From an uncultured Thermoleophilaceae bacterium (lineage in GTDB: Bacteria > Actinomycetota > Thermoleophilia > Solirubrobacterales > Thermoleophilaceae), in the NCBI GenBank assembly GCA_963786845.1, contig CAWBAP010000009.1:5131-69130 (forward strand): 64,000 nt of DNA, read 5' to 3'. The position numbers and the translations under genes were made by a program. Positions 8,906-16,974 of this stretch are shown here, in pieces. The notes beneath the pieces were generated by a model that saw only the letters and a list, made by a program, of their open reading frames with translations, was not told the DNA's origin and made no database searches. Each line of letters opens with the position of its first letter. Position 1 is the first letter of the stretch.

Positions 8906-8938
8906 GCGGTTGTGGCCGGTGCGAGCGGTTGTGGCCGG
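8906..8938. repeat. 14-nt direct repeat x2 (gcggttgtggccgg, 19-nt period) upstream of the GFA gene
   Basis: Exact copies lie at 8906..8919 and 8925..8938, in the 204-bp non-coding gap next to the palindromic element. Confidence 0.5.
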
Positions 8939-9020
8939 CGCGCGCGGCGGGCCTTACGGCCCGCGCGCGCCGGAGGGCACGCAAGGAGTACTGACGTAAC
9001 ACCCGCGGGTGCGGGAGGGC

Positions 9021-9497
9021 CTAGTCGGAGATGCGCGTGCCGACTTCGGCTTCTTCGCGGCCCTGGAGGCGGTCGCGGCCTCGCTGCACGGCCGCGATGA
9101 ACTTCGTCAGGTTGACCTCGAGGGTGTTCAGGATGTCGTCGGCGTAGTCCTCGGCGCCCAGGCGGATCTCGCGCTCGCGTGCGCGCGCGTCCTCGATGAT
9201 CTCGTCGGCCTGGCGCTCGGCCTGCTTGACGATCTCCTCCTCGCCGATCAGGCGGATCTGCTCCTCGCGCGCCTCGCGGATGATGCGCTCGGCCTCGCGC
9301 TTCGCCTCGGCCAGCATCTCCTGGCGCTCCTTCACGATCCAGCGCGCCTGCTTGATCTCCTCGGGGATGGTCGCGCGCATCTGGTCGAGGATGTCGTAGA
9401 CCTCCTCCTTGTCGACACGCACCTGGTCCGTCAACGGCACGGGCTTGGCGTTGTGAATCGTGTCGTCCAGCTTGTCGATCAGGACCAGTACATCCAT
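9021..9497 (-). CDS. conserved coiled-coil protein (ATP synthase b / V-ATPase E-like heptad region), function unknown
   Basis: 158 aa that is highly charged with a Glu/Arg/Ile-rich helical core (EAKREAERIIREAREEQIRL). It lies immediately downstream of coaD. Confidence 0.55.
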   Translation of the reverse strand: MDVLVLIDKLDDTIHNAKPVPLTDQVRVDKEEVYDILDQMRATIPEEIKQARWIVKERQEMLAEAKREAERIIREAREEQIRLIGEEEIVKQAERQADEIIEDARAREREIRLGAEDYADDILNTLEVNLTKFIAAVQRGRDRLQGREEAEVGTRISD

Positions 9498-9512
9498 CAG
9501 CGCCTCAGTTCC

Positions 9513-10016
9513 TCACCGCTTCAGTTCTTCCTGCAAGCGAGCCGCCACAGGATCCGGCACAAGGCCGCTCAAATCGCCGCCGAACATCGCCAACTCCTTC
9601 ACTCCGCTCGAGCTCAGGAAGCTGAACTCTGGCGCAGCCATCATGTACATGCTCTCGATCTCCGGCGCCATTTTTCGGTTCAGCTGGTTCATCTCGAACT
9701 CGTACTCGAAGTCCGAGATCGCCCGGAGCCCTTTTACGATCGCCTTGGCGCCGTGCTCCCGGGCGAAATCGACGAGGAGAGTATCAAAGGCTTTTACCTG
9801 CACATTGCCGTATTCCGCCACCTCTGACTGGATAAATGCAACGCGTTCCTCGGCGCTGAACACGGTCTTCCCCTTGCGCACCGCCTGGTTCACGACGCCC
9901 ACTATGACGTTGTCGAACACGTTCGCGACGCGGCCGATGATGTCGATGTGGCCGAAGGTCACCGGGTCGTATGAGCCCGGGACGACCGCCGTCCCACCGT
10001 TCTTCGGGGCGTTCAC
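9513..10016 (-). CDS. coaD: pantetheine-phosphate adenylyltransferase
   Basis: Contains VVPGSYDPVTFGHIDIIGR (the T/HxGH nucleotidyltransferase motif). Its GTG start forms a GTGA overlap with the rsmD stop. Confidence 0.9.
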   Translation of the reverse strand: MNAPKNGGTAVVPGSYDPVTFGHIDIIGRVANVFDNVIVGVVNQAVRKGKTVFSAEERVAFIQSEVAEYGNVQVKAFDTLLVDFAREHGAKAIVKGLRAISDFEYEFEMNQLNRKMAPEIESMYMMAAPEFSFLSSSGVKELAMFGGDLSGLVPDPVAARLQEELKR

Positions 10017-10537
10017 GTGGCCGAGTGGATCGCGATCCGGGTATCGCCGTACGCGCGCTCGACCACCAGCGGGAGCGGCAGGAGCAGCGGGTTGCGCTTG
10101 TCTGATTCGGTCACGATGCGTGCGTTCTCTCCGAGCATGGCCGGCAGCGCTTCGGACAGCGCGGCGGCCACACGGGACGCCTCATCATATGGCGGGTCGC
10201 AGAACACGAGGTCGAATGTGCCCTCTGGACGGGCGAGGAAACCCTGCACATCCTGGCTTCTCACGTCCGCGTCCGCGCCGACAGCCTCGAGGTTGCGCCG
10301 CAGTGCCGTGAGCGCCTGCCGGTCGCGCTCGACGAACAGCGCCGAGCCGGCGCCGCGCGAGAGGGCCTCGATCCCGAGCGCCCCCGACCCCGCGTAGAGG
10401 TCCAGCACGCGCGCGCCGGACACGTCGCCGAGCATCGAGAAGAGCGCCTCGCGGACGCGGTCCGCGGTCGGGCGCGTGCGCGGGCCGCGCGGCGCGTGAA
10501 GGCGCCGGCCCTTGAACTCGCCGGCCACGACCCTCAC
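10013..10537 (-). CDS. rsmD: 16S rRNA (guanine966-N2)-methyltransferase RsmD
   Basis: The C-terminal 175 codons of ORF 10013..10882 read VRVVAGEFKGRRL...RPTADRVREALF...LDLYAGSGALGIEALSRG...DPPY. The GTG at 10537 overlaps the upstream stop (GTGA). Confidence 0.85.
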   Translation of the reverse strand: MRVVAGEFKGRRLHAPRGPRTRPTADRVREALFSMLGDVSGARVLDLYAGSGALGIEALSRGAGSALFVERDRQALTALRRNLEAVGADADVRSQDVQGFLARPEGTFDLVFCDPPYDEASRVAAALSEALPAMLGENARIVTESDKRNPLLLPLPLVVERAYGDTRIAIHSAT

Positions 10538-10926
10538 GGGGCGCCGGCCGCGCGCCGGCCCTTCTCGATGTCCGCGTACAGCACCATGCGCACCGGGTCG
10601 CCGTCCCGAAAGGTCCAGACCTGCGCGTAGGTGAACTCCACCGGGACGCCGCTGGCACGGCCGCGCCCGCGAGTGGTCGTGATCGCGAGCACCGTGTCGG
10701 GCCGGGTCTGCTCCAGCTGCCACTGCGAGTCCGGCTCGTCCCACTGATCGATCCAGTCGCGGAAGAAGTCGATGGTCGCGCGTGCGCCGCGGCGCACGGC
10801 GCCATCCGGGTGCCCGGGGACGACCCACTCGAAGTCGTCCGACAGGTCGACCATCGCCCCTTCGAGGTCGCGCTCGTGCCACACGAGCGCGTACATGCGG
10901 TCGAGCGTTTCGACTATTTCGCTCAC
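10534..10926 (-). CDS. SnoaL-like / NTF2-fold protein
   Basis: This is the C-terminal 130 codons of ORF 10534..11559 (VSEIVETLDRMYALVWHERDLEG...FTYAQVWTFRDGDPVRMVLYAD). The GTG at 10926 overlaps the recG stop. Confidence 0.6.
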   Translation of the reverse strand: MSEIVETLDRMYALVWHERDLEGAMVDLSDDFEWVVPGHPDGAVRRGARATIDFFRDWIDQWDEPDSQWQLEQTRPDTVLAITTTRGRGRASGVPVEFTYAQVWTFRDGDPVRMVLYADIEKGRRAAGAP

Positions 10927-13022
10927 GCCGGGATCGGGTCGAGCTCGGAGCCGAAGCGTGCCACGACCGCCTCGCGGAGGAGCGCGTGCTCGGGCTGCTC
11001 GAGGCGGGCGTCCTCGACGACGATCTCGTCCGCGCGGTCGCGCGCGCGCACGAGCAGGTCCACGTCCTCGGGGAGCCGCGCGACCTTGAACTCGGGCAGG
11101 CCGTGCTGGCGGGTGCCGAGCACGTCGCCGGCGCCGCGGAGCTCGAGGTCGACCTCGGCCAGCTTGAACCCGTCGCGCTCCCGCGCGATCGCCTCGAGTC
11201 GCGGCAGCGACGGGTCGCCGAACAGGATGCAGAGCGAGGCGTGCTCGCCGCGCCCCACGCGCCCGCGCAGCTGGTGAAGCTGAGACAGGCCGTAGCGCTC
11301 GGCCGCCTCGATCAGCATCACGGTCGCGTTCGGCACGTCGATGCCCACCTCGATGACGCTCGTCGCCACGAGCACGTCGGCGTCCCCGGCCGCGAACTTC
11401 TCCATCGCGGCGGCCTTCTGCTTCGAGGGCAGCTGGCCGTGGATGAGCTCCACGCGGAGGTCCACGAACTCGGTGGTGCGCAGGCGCTCGAACTCGGCGG
11501 TGGCCGCCTTCGCCTGGAGCGCCTCCGACTCCTCGACGAGCGGGCAGACCACGAAGCACTGGCGCCCGGCGGCGATCTCCTCCCGGATGCGCTCGTACGC
11601 GCGCGCCCGCGCGCGTGCGCCGTCCACGACGTGGGTCTCGACCGGCCGGCGCCCGAGCGGCAGCTCGCGCAGCGCGGTCGCGTCGAGGTCGCCGTAGGCG
11701 GTGAGCGAGAGCGTGCGCGGGATCGGCGTGGCGGTCATGTGCAGCGCGTGCGGCACGAGGCCCTCCGGCGCCTTGGCGTCGAGCGCGGCGCGCTGGCGCA
11801 CGCCGAAGCGGTGCTGCTCGTCCACGACCACCACGGCGAGGTCACGGAACTCCACGGCGTCCTCGATCAGCGCGTGCGTGCCCACCACGAGCTGGAGTTG
11901 CCCGCTCGCGAGCCGGTCGAGGAGCTCGCGGCGGCGCGCCGCGGGCGTCGACCCGGTCAGGAGCTCCACGGGAAGCGGGCCGCCCATGAGCGAGTCGAGC
12001 GTGCGGTGGTGCTGCTCCGCGAGCGTCTCGGTGGGCGCCATCAGCGCCGCCTGGGCGCCGTTCTCGACGGCCCGCAGCATGGCCGCCAGCGCGACCGCCG
12101 TCTTCCCGCTCCCCACCTCCCCCATCAGCAGCCGCTGCATCGGCCGCTCCTGTCCGAGGTCGGAGTCGATCTCCTCGATCGCGCGGAGCTGGTCGCCCGT
12201 CAGCTCGAAGGGCAGCGACCAGCGCCAGCGGTCCACCACCACCCCGCGAGCCGCCAGCGGCCGCGCGCTGCGGCCCTCGCGCCGGGTCCGCCGGCGCCCC
12301 GCGACCGCAAGCTGAAGCAGGAACAGCTCCTCGAACGCGAGCCGCCGGCGCGCGTCGCGCTCCTCGTCCTCGGTCTCGGGGAAGTGCACCGCGCGCAGAG
12401 CCGCCGGGCGCTCCGGCAGTCCCTCGTCGATCCGGAGCCGTGCGGGTAGCGGCTCGACGGCGGCGAGCATCAGCGGCCGCACCCTGCTCACCAGCTCGCG
12501 CAGCTTCGACGGCGTGATGCCCTGGGTGGCCGGATGCACCGGCACGAGTCCGACGGTGTGAACGGGAGCACTGCCGTTGCCGATCAGCTCGTGCTCGGTG
12601 ACCCAGAACTGGTTTCGCTGCCGGAGCTTTCCGTGGAGCAGCACGTGCGTTCCCACGCTCAGCTCGCGCGCGATCCACGGTTGGTTGAACCAGACCGCCA
12701 CCAGCGGTCCGGTGTGGTCGAAGACACGGGCCTCGACGCGCTTCTGACGTCGATTGCGCATCGGCTTCACGGCGACCGTTCGGACCGTGACGGCAACGGT
12801 CGCGTCCTGCCCGATGGCCAGCGCGGCGACGTCATGGATCGAGCGGTCGCGGTGCGAGTGCGGGAAATGCTCGATCAGCCCGCCCAGGGTCTCGATGCCC
12901 AGCGCGTCGAGCCCCTTCAACGGCGCGGCCAGCACGCTAGGGCGCGGGTAGGAGCGAATGGCCGCCGCGGCGGCGTCGGCTCGGGTCAGCTCGTCGGTCG
13001 ACGCGAACCGCGAGGGCGTCAC
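10923..13022 (-). CDS. recG: ATP-dependent DNA helicase RecG
   Basis: It has a wedge/OB region, then helicase motifs (MGEVGSGKT, DEQHRFG, MTATPIPRT, QLHQLRGRVGRG). I chose the GTG at 13022 (GTGA overlap with the yloV stop). There are no frame breaks. Confidence 0.9.
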   Translation of the reverse strand: MTPSRFASTDELTRADAAAAAIRSYPRPSVLAAPLKGLDALGIETLGGLIEHFPHSHRDRSIHDVAALAIGQDATVAVTVRTVAVKPMRNRRQKRVEARVFDHTGPLVAVWFNQPWIARELSVGTHVLLHGKLRQRNQFWVTEHELIGNGSAPVHTVGLVPVHPATQGITPSKLRELVSRVRPLMLAAVEPLPARLRIDEGLPERPAALRAVHFPETEDEERDARRRLAFEELFLLQLAVAGRRRTRREGRSARPLAARGVVVDRWRWSLPFELTGDQLRAIEEIDSDLGQERPMQRLLMGEVGSGKTAVALAAMLRAVENGAQAALMAPTETLAEQHHRTLDSLMGGPLPVELLTGSTPAARRRELLDRLASGQLQLVVGTHALIEDAVEFRDLAVVVVDEQHRFGVRQRAALDAKAPEGLVPHALHMTATPIPRTLSLTAYGDLDATALRELPLGRRPVETHVVDGARARARAYERIREEIAAGRQCFVVCPLVEESEALQAKAATAEFERLRTTEFVDLRVELIHGQLPSKQKAAAMEKFAAGDADVLVATSVIEVGIDVPNATVMLIEAAERYGLSQLHQLRGRVGRGEHASLCILFGDPSLPRLEAIARERDGFKLAEVDLELRGAGDVLGTRQHGLPEFKVARLPEDVDLLVRARDRADEIVVEDARLEQPEHALLREAVVARFGSELDPIPA

Positions 13023-14665
13023 TCCGCGCAGAGCAGCCACCACCAGGCGGGCTGTCCGCCCTCGTGGTATTCCAGCTCGACGCCGTCGGGCACGCGCGCC
13101 TGGACGTCGTCCTGCCCCAGCGGCGGCGCCTCGCCGGCGATGCAGGTGAGGAGCTCGGCGCCGACCACGAGCTGGTCGAGCGTGGCCGCGAGCGTGGCGG
13201 CGGGGTCGCCCCACGCCACGAGCACGCCGCCGGCGTAGCCGACAGCGTCGCCCGCGGCGAACCTGCCCTGCACGTCGTCGCGCGCGGCCGGGGCGACGCC
13301 GCCGATGCGAAGCGCCTCCGCGGCGGTCGAGACCGCGGCGGCGTTCGCCTGCGCGGGCCGCGCGTGGTCGAAAGCGAGCAGCGCCGCGAGGCCCTCCTGC
13401 GGCGCCGTGGTGGGCACGACCGCGGCCGGCTTCTCGGACAGCTCGCAGGCCCGCTCTGCCGCGAGGATCACGTTCGGGCTGTTCGGGAGCACGAGCACCT
13501 CGGCGCCGGGCGCCGCGTGGATCCCGGCGAGCAGCTCGTAGGTGGACGGGTTCATCGTCGGGCCGCCGTCCACGACGAGCACCCCGAGCTCCTCGAACAG
13601 GCGCTTCACACCCGTGCCGCTCGCCACGGCGACGACCGCGCAGGTGGCCTTTTCGGCCTGGGGCGCCTCGCCCGAGAGCCGCGCGCTCCGCTCCGCGACC
13701 TGCTCGTGCATGTCGGCCACGTCGAAGCGCGACACCTCCCCCACCGGCTCGAAGAGGGCGACCGCGGCGTCGGGGTCGTCTGTGTGCACGTGCACGCGGA
13801 GCGTGCGGTCGTCGCCCACCACGAGCACGGAGTCCCCGAGCTGCTCGAGCAGCGGCGTGAAGTGGCGCCCGTCGAGGCTCTCGCCCGTGACCGCGAAGTT
13901 GGTGCAGTAGCGGAAGCTCGACGACTCGTGCTCCGGCCGGTGCAGGGCAGCGGGAGCAAACTGGTGCTCGAGCTGCGGCGCGGCCATGCCGCGAAGCGCG
14001 GCGAGGCAGCCGGCGATGATCACGGTGAGCCCGTACGCGCCGGCGTCCACGACTCCCGCCTCGCGCAGCACGGCGAGCTGCTCCGGCCCGCGCGTCACGG
14101 CCTCCTTGCCGGCCTCGAGCGCGTTCTCGAGCACCTCCGCCAGCAGCGCATCCTGCTCCTCGGGCGTGGCGTCGGCGCCCAGCCGCTGCGTGTCCATGTG
14201 CGCGAGGTCGTGAGCCACGCGGCTCGCCATCGCCCGCACCGCCGTGAGCATCGTGCCCTCGGCCGGGTCGCGGACCGATGCGTAGGCGGCGTCGGCCGCG
14301 CGGGCGAACGCCGCCGAGACGAGCAGCGGGTCCACCAGCTCGCCCGGCCGCGATGCCAGCTCCTCCGCCGCCCCGCGAACGACCTGCGAGAGGATCACCC
14401 CGCTGTTCCCGCGCGCGCCGAGCAGAGCGGCCCGCGCGACCGCGCTCACGATCTCGCCGCGGCCGACCGCGTCCATCGCCGAGTCGTCGAGCGTGTCCAG
14501 CTCGTCGAGCACCGCCCGCATCGTCAGCGCCATGTTGTCCCCGGTGTCGCCGTCGGCGACGGGGAACACGTTCAGGTCGTTGACCTCCTCGCGACGTTTC
14601 TCGAGCTCGTTGAGAGCGGCCGCGACTACTCGCTTGAAGCGAAGGAGGCTTTCGTCAGGAGGCAC
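13019..14665 (-). CDS. yloV: DAK2 domain-containing protein (YloV family)
   Basis: 548 aa with N-terminal NDLNVFPVADGDTGDNM, the DAK2 motif. It sits in the conserved rpmB-yloV-recG neighbourhood. Confidence 0.85.
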   Translation of the reverse strand: MPPDESLLRFKRVVAAALNELEKRREEVNDLNVFPVADGDTGDNMALTMRAVLDELDTLDDSAMDAVGRGEIVSAVARAALLGARGNSGVILSQVVRGAAEELASRPGELVDPLLVSAAFARAADAAYASVRDPAEGTMLTAVRAMASRVAHDLAHMDTQRLGADATPEEQDALLAEVLENALEAGKEAVTRGPEQLAVLREAGVVDAGAYGLTVIIAGCLAALRGMAAPQLEHQFAPAALHRPEHESSSFRYCTNFAVTGESLDGRHFTPLLEQLGDSVLVVGDDRTLRVHVHTDDPDAAVALFEPVGEVSRFDVADMHEQVAERSARLSGEAPQAEKATCAVVAVASGTGVKRLFEELGVLVVDGGPTMNPSTYELLAGIHAAPGAEVLVLPNSPNVILAAERACELSEKPAAVVPTTAPQEGLAALLAFDHARPAQANAAAVSTAAEALRIGGVAPAARDDVQGRFAAGDAVGYAGGVLVAWGDPAATLAATLDQLVVGAELLTCIAGEAPPLGQDDVQARVPDGVELEYHEGGQPAWWWLLCAE

Positions 14666-14701
14666 TGGCCCTTTCTACAGCACTGGACGGCGCGGGCCGC
14701 G

Positions 14702-14893
14702 CTAGGCGGCCTTCGTGACCTTGCCCGCCTTGAGGCAGCGAGTGCAGACGTACTCGCGCCGGGGAGCGCCCCCGACCGAGATGCGGACCTTCTGGAGGTT
14801 CGGGTTGAAGCGCCGCTTGGTGGCCACCATGGAGTGGCTGCGGCTATGCCCGAACGCAGGGCCCTTTCCACACGAGTAACAGACCTTCGCCAC
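14702..14893 (-). CDS. rpmB: 50S ribosomal protein L28 (Cys-containing form)
   Basis: 63 aa: MAKVCYSCGKGPAFGHSRSHSMVATKRRFNPNLQKV...CTRCLKAGK. Confidence 0.95.
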   Translation of the reverse strand: MAKVCYSCGKGPAFGHSRSHSMVATKRRFNPNLQKVRISVGGAPRREYVCTRCLKAGKVTKAA

Positions 14894-14899
14894 GGCGCG

Positions 14900-15908
14900 T
14901 CAGGGTAGCAGTGAGTCGCGCGCCGCCAGGAGCGCCGAGTCGATCGCGTCGCGTGCCACGTCGAGGTGCGTCACGGCCCTCACGCGCCCGTCGGGCGTGC
15001 CGCTCAGCTCCACCCCGCGCTCGGCCATCCGCCCGACGAATCCCTCCGGCGCGCTGAAGATCACGATGTTCGTCTCGGGCGCGCACGACGTCGCAGCCCA
15101 GCTCGGGAGCCCCTCCGCGAGCACGCGCGCGTTCTCGTGGTCCTCGGCCAGGCGCTCGACGTGATGGTCGAGCGCGTGCAGGCAGCCGGCCGCGACGATG
15201 CCCGACTGCCTGAAGGCCCCGCCCCACTGCTGCTTCCAGCGCCACGCCTCGTCGATCAGCTCGCGCGATGCCGCCAGCACGGCGCCGACCGGCGCGCCGA
15301 GGCCCTTCGTGAAGTCGAGCCAGGCGGTGTCGAACCCGCCGGCGAACTCGGCGGCGCTGGTGCCTGAGGCCACGACCGCGTTCATCAGCCGCGCGCCGTC
15401 CATGTGCGCGCGCAGGCCGTGCGCCCGCGCCACGTCGAGCACCTCCTGCACCCGGCCGAGCGGCCACACGCGGCCGCCGCCCATGTTCGTCGTCTGCTCC
15501 ACTGACACGACTCGCGAGCGCGGCAGGTAGCGGTTGCCGGGATCGCGGACCGCCGCCTCGACCTGCGCGCCGGTGAAGATCCCGCCGTCGCCGTCGAGCG
15601 CGTGGATCATCAGCTGCGCGTTCTGCGCCGGCCCGCCGGCCTCGGCGATGATCGGGTGCGCCGTGCGGTCGAGGATCAGCTCGTCGCCGCCCGGCCGCGC
15701 GTGCAGGCGGAACGAGATCTGGTTGCACATCGTGCCCGTCGGGAGGAAGAGCGCCGCCTCCTGGCCGAGCAGCTCCGCGACGCGCTCCTGGAGCAGGTTC
15801 GTCGTCGGGTCGGCGAGCCGCTGCTCGTCGGCGACCTCCGCCGAGGCGATCGCCCTGCCGCATCGCCTCGGTCGGGCGCGTCTGCGTGTCGCTGTAGAGG
15901 TTGATCAC
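14900..15908 (-). pseudogene. ltaE: low-specificity L-threonine aldolase, one frame change near 15853 as assembled
   Basis: The N-terminus MINLYSDTQTRPTEAMRQ (GTG at 15908) is in one frame. The rest (AIASAEVADEQRLADPTTNLL...GTMCNQISF...TKGLGAPVG) follows after skipping 1 nt at about 15852-15854. Confidence 0.8.
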
Positions 15909-15936
15909 GGGGCGCCGCAGCCTAGCGGCGGCCCGC

Positions 15937-16974
15937 TCACATCACCTGGTGGTCCTCGACGTCGCCCCTGGGGCTGTCGATGTAGATGTCCAGGAAGTCG
16001 CCGCGCTCGAGCGGTGGGTCGGTCGTGATGCCGAAGGAGCGGTCCTCGAACGCCGGGAGGCCGAAGGGGAACACCGCCTTGCCGTCCGCGATCGTGCAGT
16101 CGTGGCCCGCTGAGTCGGTGCAGCGGATCGGCGTGTGGTCCGGGATTGCGAAGGTGATCGCGGTCAGCGGCGAGTCGCAGCGAATCGCGATGTTGACGAG
16201 CGGCTGGGTCAGGATGTTGCCCTCCCCGTCGGTGGCCGGCCCGATGTAGGACGTGAGGATGTTGCAGCCCGGGCCGGGCGGCGTCGCGCCGAGCGACCTG
16301 ATGAACTCGTTGTAGGAGCTCTGAATGCCCGTGGTCTCCCCGCACGCGATCCCGTAGGTCGCCTCGAGGATCTCGAGCAGCTCCCTGCGATCGAAGCGCT
16401 CCACGTTCGGGTCGTCGAAGTCGATCAGCCGATCCCAGTCGTTGTAGTAGAGGCCGAAGCTCCAGCCGCCTGCCGGCAGCGTGTCCCCCATGAGCAGCGT
16501 GAACAGGCCGGTCTCACCGCACGCCGTCGCTGCGTTCGCCTGCTCTCCGGACGCTCGCGCCCGCTCGCGCCGCAGGTCCGCGATCGCGTTTCGCTCCACC
16601 GTCACGGAAGCGACCGGTGCATTCACTTCGAGGCGCGCCACCGCCGCGCGCGGAGTGCGAGGCAACTGTGCGCGCCCGCGCCCACGCATCAGCAGAACCG
16701 AGCCGACGACCTGCCTGCGGCTGATGCGGAACGATCCGCCGATCACCGCCACGCGGTAGCGCCGCAGCGCCTGGCGTGTGGCCGCCGAGACGAGCCGGAA
16801 GCGCGGAAGGCGCTGGGAACGGGCCACGCTGCGCTCGAACTTCACGTGCACGAGGGTGATGTCGCCCGCGCTCGGCAGGGCGGCCTTCAGCGTGCGTGCC
16901 TCGGCGGGCAACGGCGTCGCCGCGAGTGCCGCGGCGGCGAGCGCGAGCAGGATGACGCAACGTGTGCGAGTCAT
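15937..16974 (-). CDS. secreted hypothetical protein
   Basis: 345 aa with signal peptide MTRTRCVILLALAAAALAATPLPAEA and no domain I recognise. It overlaps the upstream gene's stop by 4 nt. Confidence 0.5.
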   Translation of the reverse strand: MTRTRCVILLALAAAALAATPLPAEARTLKAALPSAGDITLVHVKFERSVARSQRLPRFRLVSAATRQALRRYRVAVIGGSFRISRRQVVGSVLLMRGRGRAQLPRTPRAAVARLEVNAPVASVTVERNAIADLRRERARASGEQANAATACGETGLFTLLMGDTLPAGGWSFGLYYNDWDRLIDFDDPNVERFDRRELLEILEATYGIACGETTGIQSSYNEFIRSLGATPPGPGCNILTSYIGPATDGEGNILTQPLVNIAIRCDSPLTAITFAIPDHTPIRCTDSAGHDCTIADGKAVFPFGLPAFEDRSFGITTDPPLERGDFLDIYIDSPRGDVEDHQVM

